Program-made: the position numbers and the translations under genes
The notes under the pieces: generated by a model
Seen by the model: the letters and a program-made list of their open reading frames with translations, nothing else
Database searches by the model: none
What the model was told of the DNA's origin: nothing
Shown: piece by piece, positions 25,872-39,339 of the stretch
How positions within the stretch are numbered: position 1 is the stretch's first letter
How the letters are laid out: every line of letters starts with the position of its first letter
Source: Mobula hypostoma
Lineage: Eukaryota
NCBI RefSeq assembly: GCF_963921235.1
Contig: NC_086108.1
Location: 55,988,001-56,052,000 of the forward strand
Reading direction: 5' to 3'
Length of the DNA stretch: 64,000 nt

Positions 25872-27594
25872 CCTAGTTTACATATCCTTTCTTGGAGCCC
25901 TGATAACATTTTGTTGCAACATTGCTGCACGTTTTCCAAAGCCTGTCGATGAGTTTGATGCAGAGTTTCTCATGCCTTTACACAACAGACAATAAAGCAG
26001 AATTGTCATTTAGTGCGAGCACTGAATGGCTTTGGTGTTTTGTGGCAGTTTACTGCAGATTGGTTCTGGATTGAAAGATGCCAGAGCATGGAATCAACAG
26101 GGAAACGTGTTCCATCTGGCAAATGGAGTCACCACTCAACCGTTCGATGAGGAGTCTTCTAAGGATGGGCAATCTGCTCTCCTGATTCATGAAGGAGATT
26201 AAAGACAAAATCATTCTGATACTTTCATTTTAAAGAAATGTGCCTAAAAATTGGATTTCATTCTTTTATGATGCACTGAATGCATTTCACACTAAGTAAT
26301 GGCCATTTAGGATTCTATTCTGCAATAAAACACAACACTGATGCAATTCACCTTTACAGAATCATTAAGATGGCTTGCACCTTTTGATGATAACTGTGTC
26401 TGCACACTTGCTGATGGCAGCAATGTGCAAAGCTGGCAGCCACTGCATGTAGCAACCATATCATTCCTGCACTATAAATCCATGCCATGAAGTACACTCT
26501 TTAAGGCAGCCACAGGGCAGCTATGTACTGTAGGTAAGGGAAAACAGGGTGACTAGAGGGCAGGACTCATGTCTCCAGACTGCCTGACCACAGCCAGATC
26601 TCTCCCACTATGATTCTTCCCACATGTTTCTTTCTCTGCCCTAAGCATTGCCAAAGTCACTACTAGACATAGACAGAGAGAAGAAGCACTGACCTGTGCA
26701 GTTTAAAGATGCTGCAAACTCACACACACAAACAACTGATCTGCCACTGAAGCAGATCTGTTGTCATGACACAGTCACAAAGGAAGGGCAGAACATCTTG
26801 GTTCTATCAGGGACACTTCAATTTTCAGGTAGTGGGCAAGCTAGAGTGTGCTTTGCTCATTTTTTAAACAATGAGTGAAAAGTACGAATTAGAAGTTACA
26901 TTTTTGCACCAGTTTCAGTCATTATTGAGCAATTTATTTTATATGCCTTGAGAAAGTCATCTCATGCATGGATTATGCTGAGGGAATTACATGAACACCG
27001 AGATGAATCAGAATTTCTCAATCTAATTTCCCAATGTTGGGATCAGAAATAGGTGCAATCCTATTAAGGTTTGTGTAAATGATTATTATGCACGTTTCAC
27101 CTTTAAAAAGCAAGCATAAATAGGTCCAGGTTCTGGACAAAAATATTTACTCAGAATAAGTTTCAAGGCAAAAAAAAAGTTAGGGTAAATATTAAACATG
27201 GTTATCTAACTTCAAAATTATTATAAATAATTGGAACAAGTCTGAGAAATTTGTCAATTAGTTTTGTCATATGGTTTAAGTGTGTTAGTTCAGCTAAAGT
27301 TTTTCAAGTTAGCAAAGAATTCTTTAAATCTTTTACTGACATTACTTAACATCACAAAGGGCTAATTCTAATTTTTAGTTTTGCAAAATATTGAAACATC
27401 ATTGATCAAGATGCTATGAAGGCTTGTGGAATTGAAACATTTCTTGAACTTAAATAAGTTTTACTTTTAAATAGCTTCACTCCTCCCAATGACTAACTTC
27501 TTCCAGCTCTATAAATCATCTGCCGACCCACCTGCAAACTTTTTCTCCTCCATTCTGCATATCTGCACACCTCTGATTTCAGAGAATCTTGGAG

Positions 27595-28030
27595 TATTAG
27601 AATCTTACCGCATATGAACTGGCTCTTTGGGTCTGCCTCATTCATGCAAAACGTGATGCTTTTCTATGCTAATCTTATTTGCCTTCTGTCTGCCATTCCT
27701 TTCAATTCTTTGTAGACAATGTATTTATGCCTGTCTCCACCATCTTCTCTGACTGCTCATCCCAGACATACAGCACGTTCCAAATGCACAGCACACTTTG
27801 TGTGTAAAATGTACCCCTCAGATCTCCTTAAGATTCTCCCTTTCCACCTTAAACTTGTATCTTCTTGTTCCAGGCTTCCCTTCCCTTGGAAAAACACTCT
27901 GAGCCTCTGTCCTATCTATGCACCTTCTAACTGTTTAAACCTTTACAAAGTGACTTCTGAGCCTTCTACATTCTTGGGGAGTAAACTCAGCCTATCCAAA
28001 CGCCCCTTTTAACTGTTATCCTCCATTTTA
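27595..28030 (-). mobile_element. Old CR1 3' fragment
   Basis: Decayed similarity to the adjacent young CR1 3' region at 28034-28500. Confidence 0.6.
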
Positions 28031-28309
28031 GGTACCATAGAACCATAGAACCATAGAAACTACAGCACAGAAACAGGCCTTTTGGCCCTTCTTGGCTGTG
28101 CCAAACCATTTTCTGCCTAGTCCCACTGACCTGCACACGGACCATATCCCTCCATACACCTCCCATCCATGTATCTGTCCAATTTATTATTAAATGTTAA
28201 AGAAGAACCCGCATTTACCACCTCGTCTGGCAGCTCATTCCATACTCCCACCACTCTCTGTGTGAAGAAGCCCCTCCAATGTTGCCTTTAAACATTTCCC
28301 CCCTCACCC

Positions 28310-31044
28310 TTACCCCATGTCCTCTGGTTTTTTCTCCCCTTGCCTCAGTGGATAAAGCCTGCTTGCATTTACTCTATCTATACCCATCATAATTTTATAT
28401 ACCTCTATCAAATCTCCCCTCATTCTTCTACGCTCCAGGGAATAAAGTCCTAACCTATTCAACCTTTCTCTGTAACTGAGTTTCTCAAGTCCCGGCAACA
28501 TCCTTGTACACCTTCTCTGCACTCTTTCAACCTTATTTATATCCTTCCTGTAATTTGGTGACCAAAACTGAACACAATACTCCAGATTCGGCCTCACCAA
28601 TGCCTTATACAACCTTATCATAACATTTCAGCTCTTATACTCAATACTTTGATTAATAAAGGCCAATGTACCAAAAGCTCTCTTTATAACCCTATCTACC
28701 TGTGACGCCACTTTTAGGGAATTTTGTATCTGTATTCCCAGATCCCTCTGTTCCACTGCACTCTTCAGTGCCTTACCATTAACCCTGTATGTTCTACCTT
28801 GGTTTGTCCTTCCAATGTGCAATACCTCACACTTGTCTGTATTAAACTCCATCTGCCATTTTTCAGCCCATTTTTCCAGCTGGTCCAAGTCCCTCTGCAG
28901 GCTCTGAAAACCTTCCTCACTGTCTACTACACCTCCAATCTTTGTATCATCAGCAAATTTGCTGATCCAATTTACCACATTATCATCCAGATCATTGATA
29001 TAGATGACAAATAACAATGGACCCAGCACTGATCCCTGTGGCACACCACTAGTCACAGGCCTCCACTCGGAGAAGCAATTCTCTACTACCACTCTTTGGC
29101 TACTTCCATTGAGCCAATGTCTAATGCAATTTACCACCTCTCCATGTATACCTAGCGACTGAATTTTCCTAACTAACCTCCCATGCGGGACCTTGTCAAA
29201 GGCCTTACTGAAGTCCATGTAGGCAATATCCACTGCCTTCCCTTCATCCACTTTCCCGCTAACCTCCTCGAAAAACTCCAATAGATTGGTCAAACATGAC
29301 CTACCACACACAAAGCCATGTTGACTCTCCCTAATAAGTCCCTGTCTATCCAAATGCTTGTAGATTCTGTCTCTTAGTACTCCCTCCAATAACTTACCTA
29401 CTACCGACGTTAAACTTACTGGCCTATAATTTCCCGGATTACTTTTCGATCCTTTTTTAAACAACGGAACAACATGAGCCACTCTCCAATCCTCCGGCAT
29501 CTCACCTGTAGACAGTGACATTTTAAATATATCTGCCAGGGCCCCTGCAATTTCAACACTAGTCTCCTTCAAGGTCCGAGGGAACACCCTGTCAGGTCCC
29601 GGGGATTGATCCACTTTAGTTTTCCTCAAGACAGCAAGGACCTCCTCCTTTTTGATCTGTACAGTTTCCATGATCTCACTACTTGTTTCCCTTAATTCCA
29701 TAGACTTCATGCCAGTTTCCTTAGTAAATACAGACGCAAAAAACCTATTTAAGATCTCCCCCATTTCCTTTGGTTCCGCACATAGCCGACCACTCTGATC
29801 TTCAAGAGGACCAATTTTATCCCTTACAATCCTCTTGCTCTTAATATACCTGTAAAAGCTCTTTGGATTATCCTTCACTTTGACTGCCAAAGCAACCTCA
29901 TGTCTTCTTTTAGCCCTCCTGATTTCTTTCTTAAGTATTTTCTTGCACTTCTTATACTCCTCAAGCACCTTATTTACTCCCTGCTTCCTATACATGTCAT
30001 ACAACTCCCTCTTCTTCTTTATCAGAGTTGCAATATCCCTTGAGAACCAAGGTTCCTTATTCCTATTCACTTTGCCTTTAATCCTGACAGGAACATACAA
30101 ATTCTGCACTCTCAGAATTTCTCCTTTGAAGGCTTCCCACCTATCAATCACATCCTTGCCAGAGAACAACCTATCCCAATCCATGCTTTTTAGATCCTTT
30201 CTCTCATTTCTTCAAATTTGGCCTTCTTCCAGTTAAGAACCTCAACCCTAGGACCAGATCTATCCTTGTCCATGATCAAGTTGAAACTAATGGTGTTATG
30301 ATCACTGGAACCAAAGTGCTCCCCTACACAGACTTCTGTCACTTGTCCTAACTCATTTCCTAACAGGAGATCCAATATTACATCTCCTCTAGTTGGTCCC
30401 TCTATATATTGATTTAGAAAACTTTCCAGAACACATTTTACAAACTCTAAACCATCTAGACCTTTAACAGTATGGGAGTCCCAATCAATATATGGAAAAT
30501 TAAAATCCCCTACCACCACAACTTTATGTTTCCTGCAGTTGCCTGCTATCTCTCTGCAGATTTGCTCTTCCAATTGTCGTTGACTGTTGGGTGGTCTGTA
30601 ATACAATCCCACTAATGTGGCCATACCTTTCCTGTTTCTCAGCTCCACCCATAAGGACTCAGTAGACAAGCCCTCTAATCTGTCCTGCCTGAGCACTGCT
30701 GTAACATTTTCCCTAACAAGCAATACTTCTCCCCCACCTTTCATTCCTCTGCCTCGATCACATCTGAAACATCGGAACCCTGGAATATTAAGCTGCCAGT
30801 CCTGCCCCTCCTGTAGCCAAGTTTCACTTATTGCTATAACGTCATAATTCCACGTGTCAATCCACGCCGTCAACTCATCCGCCTTCCCCGCAATACTCCT
30901 AGCATTGAAATATATACACCTTAGAAGATTTTTACCACCACTCACAACCTTTCTATTAGCGGATTTGCTTGAACTTTTAACATCATTTATTTTCACCCCA
31001 GCCACACTGTCAGCTCTGGCACTCTGGCTCCCATCCCCCTGCAA
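28310..31044 (-). pseudogene. CR1 ORF2 (APE endonuclease + reverse transcriptase) with one frameshift (about 30190) and one in-frame TGA (28628-28630)
   Basis: YFNARSI, ISETWL, GDFNFP, SDHN; NYRPVSLTS, DFSKAFDKV, GVPQGSVLGP, KFADD. Confidence 0.95.
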
Positions 31045-31049
31045 ATCTA

Positions 31050-32007
31050 GTTTAAAGCCTCCCCAATAGCACTAACAAACCTCCCTGAAAGGATATTGGT
31101 CCCCCTGTAGTTCAAGTGTAACCCGACTCTCTTGTACAGGTCCCACCTGCCCCAAAAGAGGTCCCAATGATCCTGAAATCTGAAACCCTGCCCCCTACAC
31201 CAGTTCCTCAGCCTTGTTCATCCTCCAGAGTATCCTATTCCTACCCTCATTGGCACATAGCACAGGTAGCAATCCTGAGATTACCACCCTCGAGGATCTG
31301 CTTTTCAACTTCCTACCAAGCTCTCTATACTCACTGTCCAGGACCCCCTCACTCTTCCTTGCTATGTCATTGGTACCGATGTGCACCACGACATCTGGCT
31401 GATCACACTCCCACTTCAGAATGTCATGCAATCGATCAGAGACATCCTTGACCCTGGCACCCGGGAGGCAACAAACCATCCTGGTTTCTCTGTCACGACC
31501 ACAGAACCTCCTATCTGTACCTCTAACAATTGAGTCCCCTATCACTACCGCTCTCCTCTTTTTCCACCCTCCCTACTGCACTGCAGAGCCAGACTCAGTG
31601 CCAGAGATCCAGCTACTGCAGCTTGTCCCAGGTACGTCATCCCCCCCAACAGTATCCAATGCGGTATACTTGTTGTTGAGGGGAATGGCCACAGGGGAAC
31701 CCTACTCTGTCTGCCCTTTCCTCTTCCCTCGCCTGACAGTGACCCAATTTCCTGTCCTCTGCTCCTTTGGCGTAACTACCTCCCTGTAGCTACTATCTAT
31801 AATCTCCTCATTCTCCTGAATGATCCGCAGGTCATCCAGCTCCTGCTCCAGTTCCCTGACGTGGTTTGTTAGGAGCTGCAGCTGGATGCACTTCTTGCAG
31901 GTGTCGTTGTCAGGGACATCGGAGGGCTCCCTGACTTCCCACATCCTGTAAGAGGAGCATTCCAACATCCTGCCTGGCATTCTCTCTACACTAGACAATC
32001 TGAACAA
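31050..32007 (-). pseudogene. CR1 ORF1 (zinc finger/coiled coil + SGNH esterase), disrupted
   Basis: CSSY..CKKCIQLQLL..VRELEQELDDL; IGDSIVRG, CLPGA, VVVHIGTND. In-frame stop at 31702-31704 and a frameshift near 31220. Confidence 0.85.
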
Positions 32008-32170
32008 AAAACTTACCGAAACCTACCCTGGCCTCTGCCTGTTCTCGCCGAAGCCTGTTGAGCCAAAGCCATCCCACTCTGACTCAATCCACTCCGACGA
32101 TGGCCGCTGTATATGGTGGTCTGCTTTTAAACCTTGGCGTGCTACGTCCTAGTGAATCTCCTCAGCTACC

Positions 32171-32870
32171 AGAATCAGAATCAGATTTATTCTTACTTAC
32201 ATATATCATGGCAGCAGTACAGTACAAGAAATTTAAAATAAAAAGATGACTGTAAATTACGATACGATATAAAATAAATAAATAGTGCTAAAGAGTAATA
32301 GTGAGGTAGTGTTCATGGATTCATTGACCATTCAGAAATCTGATGGTGGAGGGGAAGAAGCTGTCCCTAAATTGTTGAGTGTCTATCTGCAGACTTCTGT
32401 ACCTACTCCTAGAGGTAGTAATGACGAGAGGGCATGTCCTGGGTGGTGAGAACACATAATGATGGATGCTGCATTCTTGAGGCACAATCTTTTGCAGATT
32501 TCCTCAGTGATGGGGGGACTTGTTCCCATGACAGAACTGGTTTACTCTTCAACCCTCTGCAGCCTCTTGTGATCCTGTGCATTGGATCATAAGACCAGCA
32601 CACCATTTCCTTTTTGTAAAGTGGTGACCAGAATTGTACAAAATACTCCACGTGCCATCTAACCAATGTTTTGTACACTGCAACTTGATGTCCAAACTCT
32701 TATACATTGTGCTTTAACCCATGAAGGCAAGGACACCAAATGCCCCTTCCACCACTTTCAAGGAGTTATGGACTTGTACTCTAAGTTATCTGTGACATCA
32801 ATACTCATAAGGTCCCTGCCATTTACTTTATATGTCCTATCATAATTTCACCTGCCAAACTGTATTGCCA
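32171..32870 (-). mobile_element. Rex1-type 3' fragment joined to a CR1 RT fragment
   Basis: AGAATCAGAATCAGA tail plus Rex-like 3' coding sequence, then YKTLVRWHVEYFVQFWSP. Confidence 0.7.
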
Positions 32871-34129
32871 GTGGTGATTGTGCATTCACTTGTCTGGCTC
32901 CCAAGAATCAGCAACCTAAACCTTTCACTTGTCTCTCCTTCCTTGGATGATGGTCCTTAAAATCCTCCCATTTAGACAAGCGTTTAGCTAGCTTTCCGAG
33001 TGGATTGTGTCAGTTTATGCTAGATTACGCTCCTGTGATGAACCTTGAAACATTTTGCAGTGTTAAAGGTACAACAAAAATGCAACGTGTTCATCTAATC
33101 AAGATTCTACATTGCTATGTAGAAATTTGAACATAAAAATGAGATACTCTGCATAAGTGATGGAACAACCCTTAACTACCTTTATTGTTTACATAGTTCA
33201 TCATTCCTCCTTTCTGCCAAACACTCATTTAAGTTTACATAGCTGTCTATATCAATCACTAACTCCAGCAGAGCAGTTCACATCTCATGTCCCTCTCACC
33301 TCTGTACTACGTATCCTGCATTTAATCTTCTACATTCCACCATTCTAAAATCTTTCACCCGCAGGCAGAATTTCATATTTTTTAGCATGTCCCATTCATT
33401 CATAATCCGAAACACCTTTAACAGACTATTTCATGACTTTCCGCTTTCTGATCATCAAGACTTCCTGATATGTTGCATTACCGGAAAGCAGTTAGGTTTA
33501 TGGGGATAGATGGAATTGCTGAAAGGTTTCTGCTCTCAATGCAGTTATTTGTTATGCTAATTGGATCTAGAATTTATTTGGTTAGGAGTATTTTTAGACG
33601 AGGAATTAGTTTAGTGAAGCTTTTTATTAGTTGAGGTTAGGAAGAACAGAAGAGCCAAGCATCTTCTTTGTTGCATGCTAATAATTCTCTGCTGACTGCT
33701 GTATGATATACCACTCCATTTTGTGTCAGAAAACAAAACTAAAGAGCTTACCAACCACTCTTGCAAACTAATTCTTTTGAAATACAATTGGAATTACTGT
33801 AAAGACTTTCCAGTTTGTGCTTCAGTACAGAACCTATTAAACATAAAATGTTCACCTAAAACACCTTAAAGATAACTGCAATACATCACAGAAACCAGAT
33901 GCTGAGGGGCAAAAACAAATAACAGGCAGCTGTTTTAAAATGAAAAATGTTAACTAGTTGCATTACAATAATTTTTGCAAGATATTTTGATTGTATAACT
34001 CTTTGGAACACAGATATATGAGGATGTCAAAGCTAATGTTCACATTTGAATCATTCACACACACACTTTAAGATTCAGGAGCTTGACCGTCATTGTAGTG
34101 TATGTGATAGCCAAGTGCTTCTTGTGCGC

Positions 34130-34740
34130 AAGTACAAAATACTGAAAATACTCAGCAGGTCAGGCTGCATTTGTGGGAAGAGAAACACGATGGACATTTT
34201 GGGTCAAAGACCCTTTGTCAAAACAGAGAAAGGGACAAAAATGCAGAGAGAGCTGGGGAAATGGAATGTCTCTGATAAGATAAAACCAGGGAATAAACTG
34301 TAAACAGGGTTACACAGTCAATGAGTAATTGTGAGCTGTCAGAAAGTGAATCATACACAAAATGATATAGGAATTATGAAATGTAGAGCAAGAGCAAGAA
34401 AACATGCCCAGCAGATGAGGATGCGCATTCCCTCTACTCTCAGAAGATAACAGAAAAATGAAATACGACAACAAACAGCTCAGATGGTATTTCAGAGTGA
34501 CAATTGATTATGACAGAAATCAAACTGTAAAATTCAATACTAAGTTGAGAAGTTAAGTTACAACATGCCGATACAGAAGATGAGGTGCTGTTCCTCAAGC
34601 TTGTATTGAGCTCATTGGAACAGTGCGGGAGGCCACAGACCAATAGGGTGGAGTGGGAAGGCCAATTCAAGTACAAGACCTTGGGAAGCTCAGAGCACAC
34701 TGATTGAACACAGGTTTTGCACAGAATGATCACCCAGTTT
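34130..34740 (-). mobile_element. Old degenerate Penelope-like 3' region
   Basis: AAAATACTGAAAATACTCAGCAGGTCAGGCTGCAT...GGGTCAAAGACCCTTTGTCA and a decayed GIY-YIG C-terminal segment. Confidence 0.55.
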
Positions 34741-34910
34741 ATTCCTTGTACTCCTCCAGAGCAAACAGAGGAGAAAGCTAAATCTGGCCAGGCTTTGGTG
34801 AGCAGATTGCAGGAAAGAGAAAGAAAATAACTTTACAGTACAATTTTCTCTTGGGAGCTCAAGGCAACAGTTTAAATATTTCATTTAAATAGCTTTATCA
34901 GCATGCATAT

Positions 34911-35126
34911 CACAAACAAGAGAAAATCTGCAGATGCTGGAAATCCAAGCAACACACACAGAATGCTGGAGGAACTCAGCGGGCCAGGCTGCATCTATGG
35001 AAAAGAGTACAGTCGACATTTCGGAGCAAGTCCCTTCACCAGGACTTGGCCCGAAACGTCAACCGTACTCTTTTCCATAGCGGCTGCCTGACCTGCTGAG
35101 TTCCTCCAGCATTCTGTGTGTGTTGC
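34911..35126. mobile_element. Two-armed Penelope-derived mini-element with hammerhead motif (35011-35046, minus strand)
   Basis: Inverted arms meet at about 35046. TSD TCAG(C/A)ATGCATAT at 34898-34910 and 35127-35139. Confidence 0.88.
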
Positions 35127-35929
35127 TCAGAATGCATATATTAGCTACTCTACCAAGCCAACAGAGTATTGTCATGTGAATCCTTTGTAATCATTGTCAC
35201 CTTTTCCCAGTATTACCAAATTCCTGCATATATCTCTCAGCTGATATGTCTTTGGTTCTTCCTATATCAAGATAAAAGAGATTTCTGATGCAAATAGCGT
35301 TATATCTCTGTGTTAGGTTTTTAACAAGTAAGACCATTTCTGATTTGCATACTAGTGGATGACAATTCCATTCCACAAACTTTAATCATACCCCTTTTTT
35401 TCATTTGTCTTTTATGAATAGTTGTCAAGTTCCTTCCTCTTTCCTAAATTCAGATAAATCATCCGTGAATATAATTTCTCCTTCTTAACCTAACTTCACT
35501 TTGGAGCTTAAAATCTTCCTTTGCTTTTCATTCCTTTTTACAATATTTAGGTATTTACAATGCAAAATTATACAGAGCTTTACTTAGAATCTACATCATG
35601 TAAACTGGCAACTAACTGATCAATGTAGATGCAACATGGGGCTCTCCCAATTCTGCCCATATTTTCTTGCATATTAATGCTTCCAATAATTAAATATAAA
35701 AAGGAAGTTAGTTTTAAACATGCTTTCCAAATTATTAGACATTTTAAAAAGTTATTTAAAATTTTAAAATATTTATATTTTAATCACTTAAAACATTAGG
35801 AGTTTAATCAATTAGGAAATCTGGCATTATATCTGAAACTTTGACTAACTTCTCTTTTCTCTTCCTTTCAAATCTTTTTATTGTTATTATCTAAAATTCA
35901 ATCTTTAAAACAATGTTTTTGTTTCTTTT

Positions 35930-36570
35930 GAGACATTGTAAGTGTTGACTAACTTCTATAGATGTGTGGTGGAGAGTATATTGACTAGCTGCATCACAGC
36001 CTGGTATGGAAACATCATTCCCCTTGAATAGAAAATCTTTCAAAAAGTAGTGGATATGGCACAGTCCATCACAGGTAAAACCCTCCCCAGCATTGAGCAC
36101 ATCTACATAAAACGGTATCGCAGTAAAGCAGCATCCTCCAGCAGGGACCCCTGCCACCCTAGACAGGCTCTCTTCTCACTGCTGCCTTCAGGAAGAAGGT
36201 ACAGTAATCTCAGGACTCACACCACCAGGTTCAGGAACAGTTATTATCCCTCAACCATCAGGCTCTTGAACCACAAGAGATAACTTCACTCAATTTCACT
36301 TGCTCCATCATTAAACCGTTCCCACAACCTTTAGATTCTTCATCTCATGTTTTCGATATTTCTATTTATTTATTTATTTATTTATTATTACCCTTTCTTT
36401 CTTTTTATTTGCTATTTGTTGTCTTTTGCACATTGATTCTGTTATGGTTATTATTCTATTATGGATTTATTGAATATGTCCACAAGAAAATTAATCGCAA
36501 GGTTGGTTGTATATAGTGACATATATATGCTTTAATAATAAATTTACTTTTGAATTTTTGTGAACTTTTG
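35930..36570 (+). mobile_element. Rex1/Babar 3' fragment
   Basis: AQSITGKTLPSIEHIY...HPRQALFSLLPSGRRYSNLRTHTTRFRNSYYPSTIRLLN. Confidence 0.85.
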
Positions 36571-37159
36571 AGCATTTAAATAAGTAAAAAGGAATGAATC
36601 TACAAGTAATAATACTTAGTCTTAAACAACAGTTCTATTTCGTTAAAATTGAGAATTTATTCTTATGGTAGGGGTACTGCAGCAGGTGATTAGAGTGGAT
36701 TCCCCATGGTAATTGGTGGGGTATTCCTGCCACCACTGATGTAAAATCACAAAGTTACAAACAATTAAAAGGGGGAATGTTGACATGTAAATTGGAAATA
36801 GCTGGCATTTCCTAAAAATTTCAGACTAGTAGCTTTTGTTTATAAAAATGTATTAGCAATTTACTAAACAAGGAAGGTTTCGGCTGAGAAGGCTGCCAAT
36901 ATTCTTTCAGCTTTGTGATGAAGCTTATCTTGCAAGTTCCCCACCCACGTGAAGTATTTGAGTCACAGCAGGATCTCACTGCAACAGATGGAACCAGTGT
37001 CTCCTTACAGTTTACAAAATGGTTCAGGTTTGAGCAAAAGGAAAATATAATGGTATTATGAAAGTTGGTTAAGACCGTTTCTAGTGATTTTAAACTGAAG
37101 TAAGACTTACATTATAGGTATAATTGGCCAATTGTGTAATGACCGAACTTGAAATGCTG

Positions 37160-37525
37160 GCCACCAGGTTCAGGAGCAATTATTACCCCTCAACCATCAG
37201 GCTCTTGAACCAGAAGGAGTAACTTCATTCAACATCACTCATCATAAAACTGACCTGTTCTCACAGCCTATGGACTCACTTCAAGGACTCTTCATCTCAT
37301 GTTCTTAATATTTATTGATTATTTATTTATTATTTTGTTTTCTGCTTGTATTTGCACTTTGTTATCTATTGCACCTTGGTTATGTGTCTGTCTTGTTATA
37401 GGCGATCTTTCATTTGGTCTACCGTGTTTCTTTGTATTTACTGTGAATGCCCACAAGAAAATTATTCTCATAGTCGTATATGATGGTGTATATGTACTTT
37501 GATAATAAATTTACTTTGAACTCTA
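37160..37525 (+). mobile_element. Rex1/Babar 3' UTR fragment
   Basis: Similar to 36220-36570. Confidence 0.75.
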
Positions 37526-39339
37526 AACATTGACACTTGGTGTCCCTGTCTTGCTGAACGCTGAGGTTTAGGCACCACGCCATCTCAGATAGGATCTGTA
37601 GAACTCAGTGTGCCTGCGCCTCTTCAAGGCAGTATGAATGTGTATGGGCCACTGGCAACATTAAGAAATGAAAATTTCACATCCTACCTCATCATGGCCT
37701 TGCACATTATTGTCTGCCTGTGCTGAACCCTCTCTGCAATTGTGACACTCTATTCTGCATTCTGTTATTCCTTTTCTCTTATAAATTTACTGACGTGATG
37801 GAATGATCTGTATGGATGGCATTCCAAACAAAGTTTTTCTCTGTACTTCGGTACATATGACAATAATAAACCAATCCCAATGCCATTGCCATTTAAAGGA
37901 ACTGGAGTACCTGACTGGAACTCTTAAACCATAAACTTGAATTACAGCAATCCCGAAGGTAGAGCAATGAAAAGAGCTGATTTCTTAGGGTCGCATTGGT
38001 TGCATTATTGGTTCAGACTTTGGAGGAGAACTGACGGATGAAACTGGCAGCAGCTTTAGGATTTTCTACACTTGCATGGTATAAAGTGTCAATCACAAAG
38101 TTACTATGAGAAGTTCAATTCTCCTACATAGATACACTGCTTATGGTTTTCTCCAACAAAAGCAAGGAAAGGCAGTCAATGACATGAACAAGTTTATCTC
38201 ATTGTAAAATACCCCAGAAGTCATATCTGTTGTTGCATGAGATCTAAGTTTTAATATCAAGCTATAATTACTGCTTAACAAGTTCGCTAGTTGTAAAAAA
38301 GAAATATGTATTGTAATACCCTCAGGCAAATATTTCAAATGACATTATAAGGTACATTAATTTTACTTCATGTAAAGTAAAAAACATTACAGTTTTAATA
38401 GGTTTAGGACAAATTGGCTTATTCCTCAATCATATGTGTGTATTTCAATCTTTATTTGCTATTCAGTAAAATGTTTAAAAAGTTGCATAAAAAGCTGCAT
38501 GATAACATCACAGCTGCAGACAGTAAGGAACTCTTTTAACTTCTGCCTTTCAGCAGCTGATGTCAGAACAGGGAAGTTCTAAAAGTTAGCTCTATTGAGT
38601 ATAATGCCCACATTTTGAATACCTCAGTGGTATATACAAAATGCTAGAAGTTCTTCCTCTTTATTTTAAGTTATAATCAAATGTTTTGTCACTTATTTTG
38701 AACCCTGCTCTTTCAATGTAAATTTTATCTCATTATGATCCTGTGATGTAAAGTAGGACCCATTTTATAAAGTTGAAGGTACAGTCTTATTGTAAGTTGT
38801 TGAAAATGAAACTCAATAGTCTAAACCGAGTAAGTATTTTGCATCAGTCTTCACTGTGGAAGACACTAGCAGTATGGTGGAAGTTCCAGGTGTCAGGGGT
38901 CACGAAGTGTGTGAAGTTACCATAACTAGAGAGAAGGTTCTTGGGAAACTGAAAGGTCTGAAGGAAGGTAAGTCACCTGGACCAATGGTCTACACCCCAG
39001 AGTTCTGAAAGAGGAGGCTGAAGAGATCGTGGAGGCATTAGTAGTGATCCTTCAAGAATGATTAGATTCTGGAATGGCTCCGGAAGACTGGAAAATTGCA
39101 AATGTCACTCCACTCTTCAAGAAGGGAGAGAGGCAGAAGGCCAGTTAGTCTGACCATAGTGTTTGGGAAGATGTTGGAGTTAATTATTAATAATGATGAG
39201 GTCTCAGGGTACTTGGAAGCTAATGATAAAATAGTCAGCATAGTTTCCTCAAGAGAAAATTTTCTCTGACAAATCTGTTGGAATTCATTGAAGAAATAGC
39301 AAGCAGGATAGACAAAGGAGAATCGGTTGATGTTGTGTA

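Larger units (their letters stand above)
28034..32140 (-). mobile_element. Near full-length young CR1 LINE (ORF1 + ORF2)
   Basis: (CATAGAAC)n tail at 28034-28058, ORF2 and ORF1 remnants as listed separately, and a 5' UTR up to about 32140. Confidence 0.95.
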
